Origin: Gammaproteobacteria bacterium
GTDB taxonomy: Bacteria; Pseudomonadota; Gammaproteobacteria; JBCCGL01
NCBI GenBank assembly: GCA_965277715.1
Contig: OZ255836.1
Coordinates: 1,568,001-1,632,000 of the forward strand
Length of the DNA stretch: 64,000 bases
Direction: 5' to 3'
The notes under the pieces were generated by a model. That model was not told the origin of the DNA and searched no databases. It saw nothing but the letters and a program-made list of their open reading frames with translations. Position numbers and translations under genes: made by a program. Position 1 is the first letter of the stretch. The number at the start of each line of letters is the position of its first letter. Below, piece after piece: positions 19,225 to 29,800 of this stretch.

Positions 19225-19647
19225 GTGAGAACAATGCCAAAACCAATGTTAGATAAACCACAACCTGAGTCATGTGAGATCAAGCCTGATCGGACACTTG
19301 AGAAAAAGACTCGCCGCACTTTTACAGCAGCCTATAAGCTAAAGATGATCAATCAAGCTGATGCTTGCCAGCATGGACAGCTTGGCGCTTTGCTACGCCG
19401 TGAGAAGCTTTACTCCAATCAATTGTCTCAGTGGCGAAGAGAACTGGCCGAAGGCGGTTTGTCAGGGCTATCAAAAAGCGCGCCCGGCCCTGCACCGCAA
19501 ATGACGTCTGAGCAGCGCCGGATAGCGCAGCTTGAAAAACAAGTAAACCGTCTGGAAAAACAAATCGCCCTTAAGGATGACTGTCTGGAACTCCAAAAAA
19601 AAGCCTTGGCGATGCTCGACCGATTGAACAGCGGGATCGAGCAGTGA
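19225..19647 (+). CDS. IS transposase OrfA (HTH)
   Basis: RRTFTAAYKLK...GALLRREKLYSNQLSQWRR followed by a coiled coil. Confidence 0.88.
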   Translation: MRTMPKPMLDKPQPESCEIKPDRTLEKKTRRTFTAAYKLKMINQADACQHGQLGALLRREKLYSNQLSQWRRELAEGGLSGLSKSAPGPAPQMTSEQRRIAQLEKQVNRLEKQIALKDDCLELQKKALAMLDRLNSGIEQ

Positions 19648-20723
19648 ATACCGCGTTGACTGACCGCCCACCCTCAGTGTCCCAACGTCTGGCTTGTAAG
19701 GTATTGGCATTGTCACGGTCACACGTCCGGGCCAAGCAAAGCCGCCGCCATTTCTGTGGCCCTCCCAAACCAGCAGGAACCGTGCGAATCACTTGCCATC
19801 AGCCACGCCAACTGAGTGAAGAAGAATGCTCTGTGGTATTGAATACGCTCAATAGTGAAGCGTTCTATGATCAACCACCGGCGCAGGTTTACCATACCTT
19901 GCTGAGTCGCCGTATTTACCTCTGCTCCATCAGCACCATGCACCGCCTGCTGCGTCAGTCCGATCAGTCGGGGGAACGCCGAAAACAGCGTCCTGGGCAA
20001 ACCAACGCAGTGCCAAGGCTTTCGGCCAGTCAGCCTAATGAGGTCTGGACATGGGATATTACAAAATTGGCCACCGTTAAGCGCGGCGTTTATTTATCGC
20101 TCTATGTGGTGATGGATTTATTCAGTCGCTACATCGTGGCCTGGATGCTTTCCCATAAAGAAAACAGTGCACTGGCACAGCAGCTCATTCAGGAGGCCAG
20201 TACACGTTACGCGATTAGACCCGACCAGCTGACGCTGCATCAGGATCGAGGGGCACCGATGACCGCACATTGCTACCTTGACTTACTGGGCGAGTTGGCG
20301 GTCACCGCTAGCCACAGCAGACCCCGCGTGAGTAATGACAATCCTCATAGTGAAAGCCAATTTCGAACACTGAAGTATCAGCCTGACTACCCGCGTCGCT
20401 TTGATAGCTATAGCCATGCCAATGGATGGTGCACTGAGTATATTGATTGGTATAACCATCAGCACTGTCACAGTGCGTTGGAGGGCTTCACACCTTGTCA
20501 GGTGTTTACTGGGCAGTACATACCACTCAGTGAGGTTCGTCAGCAGGCACTCAATGAAAAGTATGTCCAACATGCAGAGCGATTTGTCAATCAGCGGCCT
20601 GTTGTCAGGATGCCGCCTGCGAAGGTCTACATTAATCCCGTGCGCGATGAACTGGGTAATATAGATCACGATGCACCCGTCAACTTCCCAACACTAAATC
20701 GGGCTAAATATATGGTAACTTGA
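19644..20723 (+). CDS. IS transposase OrfB (DDE/rve integrase core)
   Basis: PNEVWTWDIT, YVVMDLFSRYIVAW, LHQDRG, SNDNPHSESQFRTLKY, WYNHQH.HS; GTGA overlap with orfA. Confidence 0.92.
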   Translation: MNTALTDRPPSVSQRLACKVLALSRSHVRAKQSRRHFCGPPKPAGTVRITCHQPRQLSEEECSVVLNTLNSEAFYDQPPAQVYHTLLSRRIYLCSISTMHRLLRQSDQSGERRKQRPGQTNAVPRLSASQPNEVWTWDITKLATVKRGVYLSLYVVMDLFSRYIVAWMLSHKENSALAQQLIQEASTRYAIRPDQLTLHQDRGAPMTAHCYLDLLGELAVTASHSRPRVSNDNPHSESQFRTLKYQPDYPRRFDSYSHANGWCTEYIDWYNHQHCHSALEGFTPCQVFTGQYIPLSEVRQQALNEKYVQHAERFVNQRPVVRMPPAKVYINPVRDELGNIDHDAPVNFPTLNRAKYMVT

Positions 20724-20910
20724 GTAACTGTGGCTTGAAACAGGTTGACACCTTCCGCCCCGAGATACCTGGCGCAAATGGTCAGGGGGAAGGAATAGAG
20801 GAAGCGAAGCAAAGCTTAAGAAAGGCTATTGAGCTAATCCTGGAAGATCGAAGGGAAGACTTCTTTCGAGGGTTACCCGAAGACGCTATACAGGACAAGG
20901 TCATCACGGC

Positions 20911-23703
20911 ATGAAACGTTGGGATCATAACAAAAAATTCGGCACCGCCATGACACACAATCAAACCACTGATCACAATACCGGCCACAGCATTAGCCAA
21001 AACGCCTACCAAAACACCGAAGAGTTTCAACTCGATCAACAGGAGTGGCTGGAATCCATCGACTATATCTACGCCAGCTACGGCCAGGAAGGCGTACGCG
21101 CCATTCTGCAAACCCTGCAAAACCATGCGCTCGGGCGCAATATCGCCATCAACCAGGCCACCCTGAACACCCCTTATCGCAACACCATCCACCCCGCAAA
21201 AGAACCCACCTACCCCGGCAATATCGCCCTGGAACAACAAATCGAAAACATCAACCGCTGGAACGCGATGGCGATGGTGGTGCGCGCCGCAGACCGTGGC
21301 GACGGCGTAGGTGGACACATCGCCACCTACACATCGGCGGCGACGATGATGGAAGTGGGTTTACATCATTTCTTCCGCGCTCGCAGCGATAATTACGGTG
21401 GTGATCTGGTGGTGTTTCAGCCCCATGCCGTGCCGGGTATTTATGCGCGGGCCTTGCTCGAAGGCCGGTTAACCCGGCAGCAATTGGATAATTTTCGACG
21501 TGAACTGCACGCCGGTGGTGGCCTGAGTGCGTACCCGCACCCGCGTTCGATGCCGGACTTTTGGCAGGTGCCATGCGCATCGATGGGCCTGTCGACACCC
21601 ACCGCGATCTACCAGGCGCGCTTTGCCCGCTATCTGGAAAAACGCGGGCTGAAAGCCGCCCAGGGCGGTAAAGTGTGGTGCTTTATCGGCGATGGTGAAT
21701 CGGACGAACCCGAGGTGCGGGGCACCATAAACATCGCGGCGCGTGAACAACTCGACAACCTGGTGCTGGTTGTCAACTGCAATCTACAGCGACTGGATGG
21801 GCCAGTGCGTGGTAACGGTAAAATCATTCAGGAATTGGAGCGCAGCTTTCGCGGTGCAGACTGGAACGTGATCAAAGTCATATGGGGCAGCGGCTGGGAT
21901 GCACTGCTGGCCCGCGATAGTGACGGGGTATTGCAGCAGCGCATGGAAACCGCCACCGATGGCGATTACCAGTATTTATCGATTTCCCCCGGTGACGTAC
22001 AACGCGAATTATGGGTAGAAAACAACCCGGAGCTGGCGTCACTGATGAACACCCTGACCGATGCCGAGGTAAAAAATATCAAACGCGGCGGCCAGGATCA
22101 CAAAAAAATCTTCGCCGCCTATGCCCAGGCGATGCAAAGCCAGGGGCGCCCAACGGTTATTTTGATTAAGTCGGTAAAGGGTGACGGCATGGGAAAAGCC
22201 GGCCAGGGGCGCAACACCGCCCACCAGAAAAAACAACTCAACGCCGAGGAGCGCGCCACCTTTGCAAAGCATCACAATATCCCTCTATCTGATGCCGCCA
22301 TTGAACGCGCTGATTATTATCTACCGGATGAAGACAGTGAGGAAATCCGCTACCTGAAAAACCGGCGGCAACAATTGGGCGGCTACCTGCCGACACGCCA
22401 GGTCAACTGCCGGTCGCTCAATACCCCACCACTTACTGCTTTCAGTGAATTTCTAAATGGCACAGGTGGGCGCAGTGTTTCCACTACGATGGCGATGGTG
22501 CGCATCCTCGGTATGCTGTTAAAAGACACAGATATTGGCCGTTATATCGTGCCCATCGTCCCCGATGAAGCACGTACCTTTGGCATGGATGCGCTATTTA
22601 AAGACGCCGGTATTTACGCCCCGGAGGGGCAGCATTACACCCCCGTTGACGGCGACAGCCTGCTCCCCTACCGCGAAGCCGAGGATGGCCAGATCCTACA
22701 GGAGGGTATTTGTGAAGCGGGGGCGATGGCATCATTTATGGCCGCAGGCAGCGCGTATGCGGTACACAATATACCGACGATTCCCTTTTATATTTTCTAC
22801 TCGATGTTTGGCTTTCAGCGCGTCGGCGATCTGATTTGGGCCTGCGGTGATATGTTATGTCGCGGCTTTCTACTCGGTGGCACCGCCGGGCGTACCACCC
22901 TCAACGGTGAAGGCGTACAACACCAGGATGGGCACTCGTTACTCATTGCCAGTACCGTGCCCAACCTCAAAGCGTACGACCCCGCCTTCGCCTACGAACT
23001 GGCGATCATTATCCGCGATGGCATTGAGCGCATGTACCAACAACAGCAGGATTGCTTCTACTACATCACCGTATACAACGAGAACTACCCGATGCCTGCG
23101 ATTGGAAACGCGGGCGAAACTGACACTGGCGCGACTGACAACAATATCGCAATTGAAAAAGGCATACTGCGCGGTATTTACTGCTACCAAAAACCGTGCT
23201 CACCGGCACACACTTTATCTGCCAATATACTGGCCAGCGGCTCAATAATGACACAGGCACTGGCAGCAGCTACCCTGCTGGAAAAATACCATGTTGCCAC
23301 CACCCTGTGGAGCGTCACCAGTTACAACGAGCTGTACCGCGATGCCATCGACTGCGAACACCACAACCGCTTTAACCCTGAGGCAACAAAAACACCGTTT
23401 ATCACCCAATCCCTCGCCCAGACCAGTGGTGTGTTTATCGCCGTTAGCGATTACCTGAAAGCCCTGCCCAATAGCATAGCGCCGTGGCTGCCCGGCCCTT
23501 ACACCGTGCTCGGCACAGACGGCTATGGCCGCAGCGAAACCCGCGAGGCACTGCGTGATTATTTTGCCATCGACGCCCGGCATATCGCCCTCGCCGCCCT
23601 GCAAACACTGCAACAATCCGGCGGGCTCGGCACAGAAACCGTTGACAAAGCGCGTAACGATTTAGGCATAACACCGATGCAACATCCAGGAGCCATCGCA
23701 TGA
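20911..23703 (+). CDS. Homodimeric 2-oxoacid dehydrogenase E1 (AceE/MdeB family); native start possibly ATG 20950
   Basis: EWLES, TPYRNTI, RWNAMAMV, GGHIATY, GDGESDEPE, NCNLQRLDGPVRGNGKIIQELE, PIVPDEARTFGM, YSMFGFQRVGD, GRTTLNGEG.QHQDG, LGTDGYGRS. Confidence 0.93.
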   Translation: MKRWDHNKKFGTAMTHNQTTDHNTGHSISQNAYQNTEEFQLDQQEWLESIDYIYASYGQEGVRAILQTLQNHALGRNIAINQATLNTPYRNTIHPAKEPTYPGNIALEQQIENINRWNAMAMVVRAADRGDGVGGHIATYTSAATMMEVGLHHFFRARSDNYGGDLVVFQPHAVPGIYARALLEGRLTRQQLDNFRRELHAGGGLSAYPHPRSMPDFWQVPCASMGLSTPTAIYQARFARYLEKRGLKAAQGGKVWCFIGDGESDEPEVRGTINIAAREQLDNLVLVVNCNLQRLDGPVRGNGKIIQELERSFRGADWNVIKVIWGSGWDALLARDSDGVLQQRMETATDGDYQYLSISPGDVQRELWVENNPELASLMNTLTDAEVKNIKRGGQDHKKIFAAYAQAMQSQGRPTVILIKSVKGDGMGKAGQGRNTAHQKKQLNAEERATFAKHHNIPLSDAAIERADYYLPDEDSEEIRYLKNRRQQLGGYLPTRQVNCRSLNTPPLTAFSEFLNGTGGRSVSTTMAMVRILGMLLKDTDIGRYIVPIVPDEARTFGMDALFKDAGIYAPEGQHYTPVDGDSLLPYREAEDGQILQEGICEAGAMASFMAAGSAYAVHNIPTIPFYIFYSMFGFQRVGDLIWACGDMLCRGFLLGGTAGRTTLNGEGVQHQDGHSLLIASTVPNLKAYDPAFAYELAIIIRDGIERMYQQQQDCFYYITVYNENYPMPAIGNAGETDTGATDNNIAIEKGILRGIYCYQKPCSPAHTLSANILASGSIMTQALAAATLLEKYHVATTLWSVTSYNELYRDAIDCEHHNRFNPEATKTPFITQSLAQTSGVFIAVSDYLKALPNSIAPWLPGPYTVLGTDGYGRSETREALRDYFAIDARHIALAALQTLQQSGGLGTETVDKARNDLGITPMQHPGAIA

Positions 23704-24959
23704 GTGATATTATGCGGCTACCCACGCTGGGGGAAGACATCAACACGGGTGTATTGGTAGCGATTACCGCACAAGTGGGGGACACCCTTAACGAAGGGCA
23801 GATTTTATTTGAAATAGAAACCGACAAAGTGGTGGTTGAAGTACCGGCAAGATGTAACGGCACCCTGAAAAAAATACTGGTGCAAACCAACACCACCGTA
23901 TCGACAGGGGATGCACTGGCAGAGATTGAATGTGATAGTTCAACCGCATCGATAGCAGCACCGAACACCAAACTCAGCCAAAAAACTGGGCCTAAACAAA
24001 GTACACAAGTGTCTGCCCCCTTGAAACCCACCTTGAACCCCCTCCCTTTGAGGTCTCAAGTGCCTGTCCCTTTAACGGCGAAAACGACAGCCAGCGTAGC
24101 GCCCGCAGGGCCAGCCTCACGTAACCTGGCGCGTAAACTCGGCATCGATATTAGGCAAGTACACGGTAATGGTAAAAATGGGCGCATCAGCAAACACGAT
24201 GTTATCGCCCACGCAAAACAACTCATCACCACGGCAAATAATACTCAGAATAACCGGGGACAGGCACTGCCAGACGACAGCCGCTTTGGCCCCATCCAGC
24301 GCGCCCAGGCGAACAGCATCCAGCTCGCTACCGCCAGCAATATGCACACCGCCTGGCGGCAAATTCCACACGCCTGGCTACAGGCAGAAATCGACATTAC
24401 AGCACTGCAAACACAGCGCAAAAACAACCGGGAAAAGCCTGCATCGCTGAACGCTTTTATCGTCAAGGCAATCGCCATTGCCATGCAACAACTGCCGCTA
24501 TTCAACGCCGTCTGGGATGCGGTCACAGAAGAAATCGCCTACCGGCATTACATCGATATCAACATCGCAGTCGACACTCCCAAAGGGTTATTGGTGCCGG
24601 TGATACGCAAGGTCAACCAAAAAGACGTGGCTACCATTGGTGAAGAAATTGACAAGCTGGCGCAGGCGGCGCGTAACAACCGCATAAGCCGCGATGAAAT
24701 GAGCGGTGGAGGCATCACATTAAGTAATCTGGGGGGATTTGGTTTAAGCAGTATCCAGCCGATTGTCAACTGGCCACAAGCGGCGATTGTTGGCATTGCC
24801 AGTGCGCAATGGCAGCAGCACCGGGATGGCGGTGGCCAATGGCGGGAAGCATTGTTTTTGCCGCTGACACTGGGGTTTGATCACCGGATAATCAACGGTG
24901 CCGATGGTGCACGGTTTATTGGGGTTATGCGTGATTATCTGGAAAACGCGGCTTTTTGA
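23700..24959 (+). CDS. Dihydrolipoamide acyltransferase E2 with a single lipoyl domain
   Basis: Lipoyl motif IETDKV, E3-binding motif A.P..R.LARKLGIDI..V.G.G..GRI...DV, catalytic FDHRIINGADGARF. Confidence 0.92.
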   Translation: MSDIMRLPTLGEDINTGVLVAITAQVGDTLNEGQILFEIETDKVVVEVPARCNGTLKKILVQTNTTVSTGDALAEIECDSSTASIAAPNTKLSQKTGPKQSTQVSAPLKPTLNPLPLRSQVPVPLTAKTTASVAPAGPASRNLARKLGIDIRQVHGNGKNGRISKHDVIAHAKQLITTANNTQNNRGQALPDDSRFGPIQRAQANSIQLATASNMHTAWRQIPHAWLQAEIDITALQTQRKNNREKPASLNAFIVKAIAIAMQQLPLFNAVWDAVTEEIAYRHYIDINIAVDTPKGLLVPVIRKVNQKDVATIGEEIDKLAQAARNNRISRDEMSGGGITLSNLGGFGLSSIQPIVNWPQAAIVGIASAQWQQHRDGGGQWREALFLPLTLGFDHRIINGADGARFIGVMRDYLENAAF

Positions 24960-25091
24960 TAACGCGTAGAAAACCCTGCACGCAGTATCAGTACAAATAA
25001 AGCCTACATCAACCAATTCACGGTATTCGCCCCGTTCCAGTGATAGCGGCCACCTGTTACATTAACCATTCGCCCGAGATCCTACGCCCCC

Positions 25092-26519
25092 ATGTCTGAT
25101 TTAAACGTGCTCTTTCTCTTCAGCGATGAACACCAGCGGGATGCGCTCGGTTGCTACGGTCACCCACTTGTCCAGACACCCCACCTGGATGCACTCGCCA
25201 GGCGTGGCACCCGCTTCAGTAACGCCTACACACCCTCCCCCGTTTGCGTACCGGCACGCGCCTCGCTGGCAAGCGGTGAATACGTGCACACCACCCGCTG
25301 TTGGGGTAATGCACAAGCCTACCAGGGCGAGCCTCAAAGCTGGGGGCACAAGCTACAGGCCCAGGGTCACCGCGTCGATGCCATAGGCAAACTCCATTAC
25401 CGGGGCAAGGAATACAACAATGGTTTTGATGAGGAAATACTGCCGTTGTATATCCGCAACGGGCAAGGCTGGATAAAAGGCCTGCTACGCGATCACGAAG
25501 CAGTTATCGACTGCTCCCATTACGCCACGCAAATCGGCCCTGGCGATGACAGCTACACCGACTACGACCTCGGCGTTACCCGTGCCGCCTGCGACTGGCT
25601 GAAGAATAAAAATAACACGGGTAGCGGCAAACCCTGGGCCTTGTTTGTATCCTGGCTACGCCCCCACTACCCGCTGACTTGCCCCCCGGCGTTTTACAAT
25701 TTATACCCCCAGGAGACGATGGACAGCGCACGCTTTACCGATATACAACAACACGCACAACACCCGGTACTCCAGGCCATTCGCAAAAATTTTAACTACG
25801 ACAACTACTTTACCGAAAGCACCCGCCAAATCGCCCGCGCCTCATACTACGGACTGTGCAGCTTCCTCGATGCACAGATAGGTCAGGTCATTGCCGCGCT
25901 CAAGGCCAGCGGCCAACTGGACAATACATTAATCATTTATACCAGTGACCACGGTGATCACAATGGCGACCGCAGCCTGTGGACAAAGATGACCCTATAC
26001 GATGAATCAGCGGCGATACCTCTGATTATTGCCGGGCAGGGCATCCCCCAGGGAAAAGTCACCGCGACACTGGCTTCACTGATCGACATTTACCCCAGTA
26101 TTTTATCCGCCACCGGCGCTGAAGATGATGGCAAAGACCGCCCCGGCATTGCCTTGCAAACCCTCGCTGGGCAGCCGGATTTTGACCGCGCCATCCTCAG
26201 CGAATACCACGACGGCGGCTCCCCCACCGGGATGTTTATGCTGCGCAATGCGCGCTGGAAATACAACTACTACCCCGGTTATGCACCGGCTTTATACGAC
26301 ATGCACTATGACCCGGACGAATTGACCGACCTCGGTGAATCTGACATCCACACCGACATTCGCACACAGTGTCACGCACAAATGTTGACGCTGGTCGATC
26401 CAGAGGCTGCTAACAAACGGGCATTTGCCGACCAGGCCGCCCGCATTGAATCACTTGGTGGTATTCAAGCGGTGTTAAATTCCGGTGAATTTGATTTCAC
26501 GCCAGTTGAGACTGATTAA
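25092..26519 (+). CDS. Formylglycine-dependent sulfatase (choline-sulfatase-like)
   Basis: NVLFLFSDEH, catalytic CVPAR, GKLH, PHYP, YTSDHGD. Confidence 0.9.
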   Translation: MSDLNVLFLFSDEHQRDALGCYGHPLVQTPHLDALARRGTRFSNAYTPSPVCVPARASLASGEYVHTTRCWGNAQAYQGEPQSWGHKLQAQGHRVDAIGKLHYRGKEYNNGFDEEILPLYIRNGQGWIKGLLRDHEAVIDCSHYATQIGPGDDSYTDYDLGVTRAACDWLKNKNNTGSGKPWALFVSWLRPHYPLTCPPAFYNLYPQETMDSARFTDIQQHAQHPVLQAIRKNFNYDNYFTESTRQIARASYYGLCSFLDAQIGQVIAALKASGQLDNTLIIYTSDHGDHNGDRSLWTKMTLYDESAAIPLIIAGQGIPQGKVTATLASLIDIYPSILSATGAEDDGKDRPGIALQTLAGQPDFDRAILSEYHDGGSPTGMFMLRNARWKYNYYPGYAPALYDMHYDPDELTDLGESDIHTDIRTQCHAQMLTLVDPEAANKRAFADQAARIESLGGIQAVLNSGEFDFTPVETD

Positions 26520-26820
26520 CTCCAACACAGAAAACGGTAGGCAAACTATCCTGCCTGAATAGCGCGGCGAAATGCACAATTAAGTTTACCTATGACATCG
26601 TGTTCCGCTTCTGCGGCGCGGAGCCTTATGAGGATTTTCCGGCGTATTTGATTGGCAATTGCGTGAGTATAATCTGTGCGCATAGGGGTAACCTAAAGCC
26701 CATACGTAGGGAGTACAACAATACAGCGCTTCCGGCCCTCCCTTATCCTATCCCTAGAAGAAGGAAGGGTTTTTAGGCTCCACTCAACCTGACAGCCAGT
26801 TATTGAAAACCGGATAACTG

Positions 26821-29800
26821 TCAGACTGTATCGGTGATAACAATACTATTACTGATTAAATAGTCCAGCATACGTGCATGATCTCCATCGGTTCCAACAA
26901 CAAAATCAGACCTTGATTTTAACGTAATTAACAAATCAGCATTAGCTTGCGCCGCCGTTAATTGGGCTGCAGCCGTTGTATCCGCCGCGCCCGCCAGAAT
27001 GCCCGCATTTGTCCCGCCGGTGCCATCGTGATCAATATAAAGATTAACACCTGAAACATTGGTTTCAATATAAAGATAATCAGCAAGATTACCAATATTC
27101 AGGCTCGCACCATTTACATTGATGGTATTTTGATTTTCTCCTTCCAGTAAGTCACGTAAATTCAATACATCCTTACCATCGCGGTCATCCTCCGCAAAAC
27201 GACCAGAAAAACTATTCATCAATATACCGGGTATCACCACCTCATCAAAACGACGGAAATCCATAACAATATCGGTATCCCGGTTCGCTGCGCCTGCCGT
27301 GCCGTGGTCACCGACACCCCACACCAAAATGTCATCGCCTCCATTACTGTAAATGGTATCGCTGCCGGAACCGCCACGAATAATATCGTCTGAGTCCTGT
27401 GCGCCATCTACAGAATTACTACCAACAGCCCCTTCTACATCGTTGGTTTCCAGTATGTTGTACTGCACCTGCTGATCACCCTTGATCACATCATCGCCAT
27501 CCTGGCCATAGAGTATGTCAGCGCCTGCACCACCGTAAATTTCGTCGTTTCCAGTACCTGTATTAGTATCACTACCACTGTTTATCCCAGCCACATTACC
27601 CGCAGCAATCGCATTAGTATTAGAACCACCGTAAATAGTATCAACGCCCTCCCAGCCATGAAGATAATCGTTGCCAGCAAGGCCTGAAATCGTATCATTA
27701 CCTCCCTCACCGGCAATACTGTCTGCCGCCGCAGTACCCATAATGGCATCTCCACCCGCAGTGGCTCCAGAAGTCGCTCCGCCTTGATTATCAACCAGGA
27801 GTATGCCGTTTTCGATTAGGTTTTCAATTCTCTGCGCATTGGTTGTCGCCCCTCCGTAAAGGTTGCTAATATCGGCAGAGTTTGAATTCACATCAATCTG
27901 CAGGTTAAACTCAGAAGCCGGTAGCCCTCCTGTCCCGGCAACATTCACCCTCAAGAATGCCTCGCCTACTGAACCTACATCAATATAGCTCGCCAGGTTA
28001 CCTATACCCGTGACATTGCTTGCATCCCCTTCATAATACTCCCCAATCAGTAAATCCCGCAGGTCAATCACATCAAGTTCACTGGCCAAAAGGCCAGCGC
28101 CATCGTTAGTATTAAAACCGATAAGCTCAACACCCGCAAAATTAGCATTGGCTACCGTACTTAAAACACCAGCCGTATTTCTACCCCAGACAAAAGAATC
28201 ATTACCATTGATAGTTTGATTATTAGCATTCCCACCAAACGCATAGAGACCTGGTGCTGCATAAAATACGTCGTTAGTTGTCGTATTTTGTGCGCGTACG
28301 TGGTGAGTTGAGCCAGTAGAGCCTGTAGCCTCGCCTCTAGCTGCATTTCCAGCCGCAATAAAAATATTGTTGAAGTTATTGCCCAGGAAGCTGTCCGTAA
28401 AAGCCGTACCAGTTGTATACGCTTGCCTGGAAATGACTGTATCTAGAGCCGTAGCACCAACACCATTGTTAGCGCCAGAACTAAAATCAATTAAAGTATC
28501 AAGAGTAAAGGCAGTTGGGCTGGTAATTTCTATTGTTACATCAGAAAACCCGTTGTAGTCTAAAGTCTCAACAGTTATACCCTGGCTCGTATTGGCATAT
28601 AAAATTGTACCGTGTTCAGTAATTCTCAAGGTATCATTGCCGCCTCCCCCTGAATAACCATGAAGTTGAGTAAGAGCGGTGTTAACAAAATTAAGCGTAG
28701 TGTCAGAATAATCATTATCAGTATTACGCTGACGACGAACAAAAAATACATCGTCTCCCTCACCTCCAGTAAAAAGAGTCAAGGAGGTGTCATAGAGCAT
28801 ATCGTTTCCATCGCCACCTGTGAGCGTGTCGAATCCAAGATTACCATAAATAATATCATCACCTGCTCCACCATTGATTGTATCGCTACCAGCAGTCTCC
28901 AGCTCCGTATTCGGAGTGAAAAGGTAAAAAATCCGACTAGTATTCAGGTTGATTAACTGGGTGCCACCACCATCTGAATCGTTTTCTGTGGTAATAACAT
29001 CTAAACGTAGATCAAAATCTATAGACGTTGATATCAAGTCAGCATGTTCCTGATCTATCGCTATCACGTGAATGGACGCCAAGTCCCAGTTTTGCCCAGA
29101 ACTACCAACAGTATCCGGTCCGAGGTTAACCGAGTGGGTGCCATCGGTCGTCTCATTACCGTTATTATCCCGTACGACAACGCCATTGGGGATATTCCTT
29201 AATACAATACTGGTGATCGTCTCACTGCCATCCGTATCAAGCGGCCTTATCGGGGATCGATTCGGCATCGTACCAATGGTGAAAGAAATCGGGAACACCT
29301 CACCATTATGATCGCCGTAAATAGTATCATTCCCACTACCGCCTGTTACAGTGTCATTACCCACACCTGCAAAAATAACGGTTGGTGTAGAACCGGAAAC
29401 CACAATGGTATCCGCATTAGTAGTCCCTATTCTCACATCGACACCTGGACCAAAAATAGTGGTTGGCAGATCAAGTATGCCTGAAAACTGAGCCTCGGGT
29501 ACACGAGCAAGATCTACCCCGTCAATGGCAGGGTTGACGTTAATAGTCCCGGTAGCGGGGTTCAGATTAAAGTCTTCACCGGTATTCTGTACGCTAAAGG
29601 TAAAGCTGCTGCCGTCTACATCCGAGTTCAGATTGGAAAGGTAGCTGAGTTGTCCTGCATCCAACTGCGCACGCGTAATGACATCGGCTGCGCTTACCGC
29701 CTCGCCTGCATCAACAACGCTATCGTTATCCTCATCTAAAAATAACGTACCGTTGTTTATCCCCAATGTATCAATACGGATATTGGCAAGAGCAGCATTG

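Larger units (their letters stand above)
19156..20756 (+). mobile_element. IS3-family insertion sequence (~1.6 kb)
   Basis: Two-ORF transposase; imperfect inverted repeats GTGTCAACCTcaccTCAAGCCAC (19161-19183) and GTGGCTTGAaacAGGTTGACAC (20730-20751); flanking direct repeat GCCCC (19151-19155, 20757-20761). Exact ends are uncertain by 1-2 bp. Confidence 0.9.
19090..20914 (+). pseudogene. hicB: HicB-family antitoxin gene interrupted by an IS
   Basis: Removing the IS and one GCCCC copy restores MKSESTAIIESAPQGGYWAICPEIPGANGQGEGIEEAKQSLRKAIELILEDRRED...VITA, a typical short HicB. Confidence 0.85.

Noticed and set aside
20745-20775. Outward-facing TTGACA in the IS end as a hybrid promoter for E1
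   Set aside because: No credible -10 hexamer 16-18 nt downstream.
20720-20914. 64-aa ORF as an independent gene
   Set aside because: It is the 3' half of hicB fused to IS terminal sequence.
26520-26820. Short palindromic or REP-like fragments between the sulfatase and the adhesin (similar C-rich hairpins near 1045 and 15826)
   Set aside because: Too degenerate to define a repeat family or ncRNA from this window alone.
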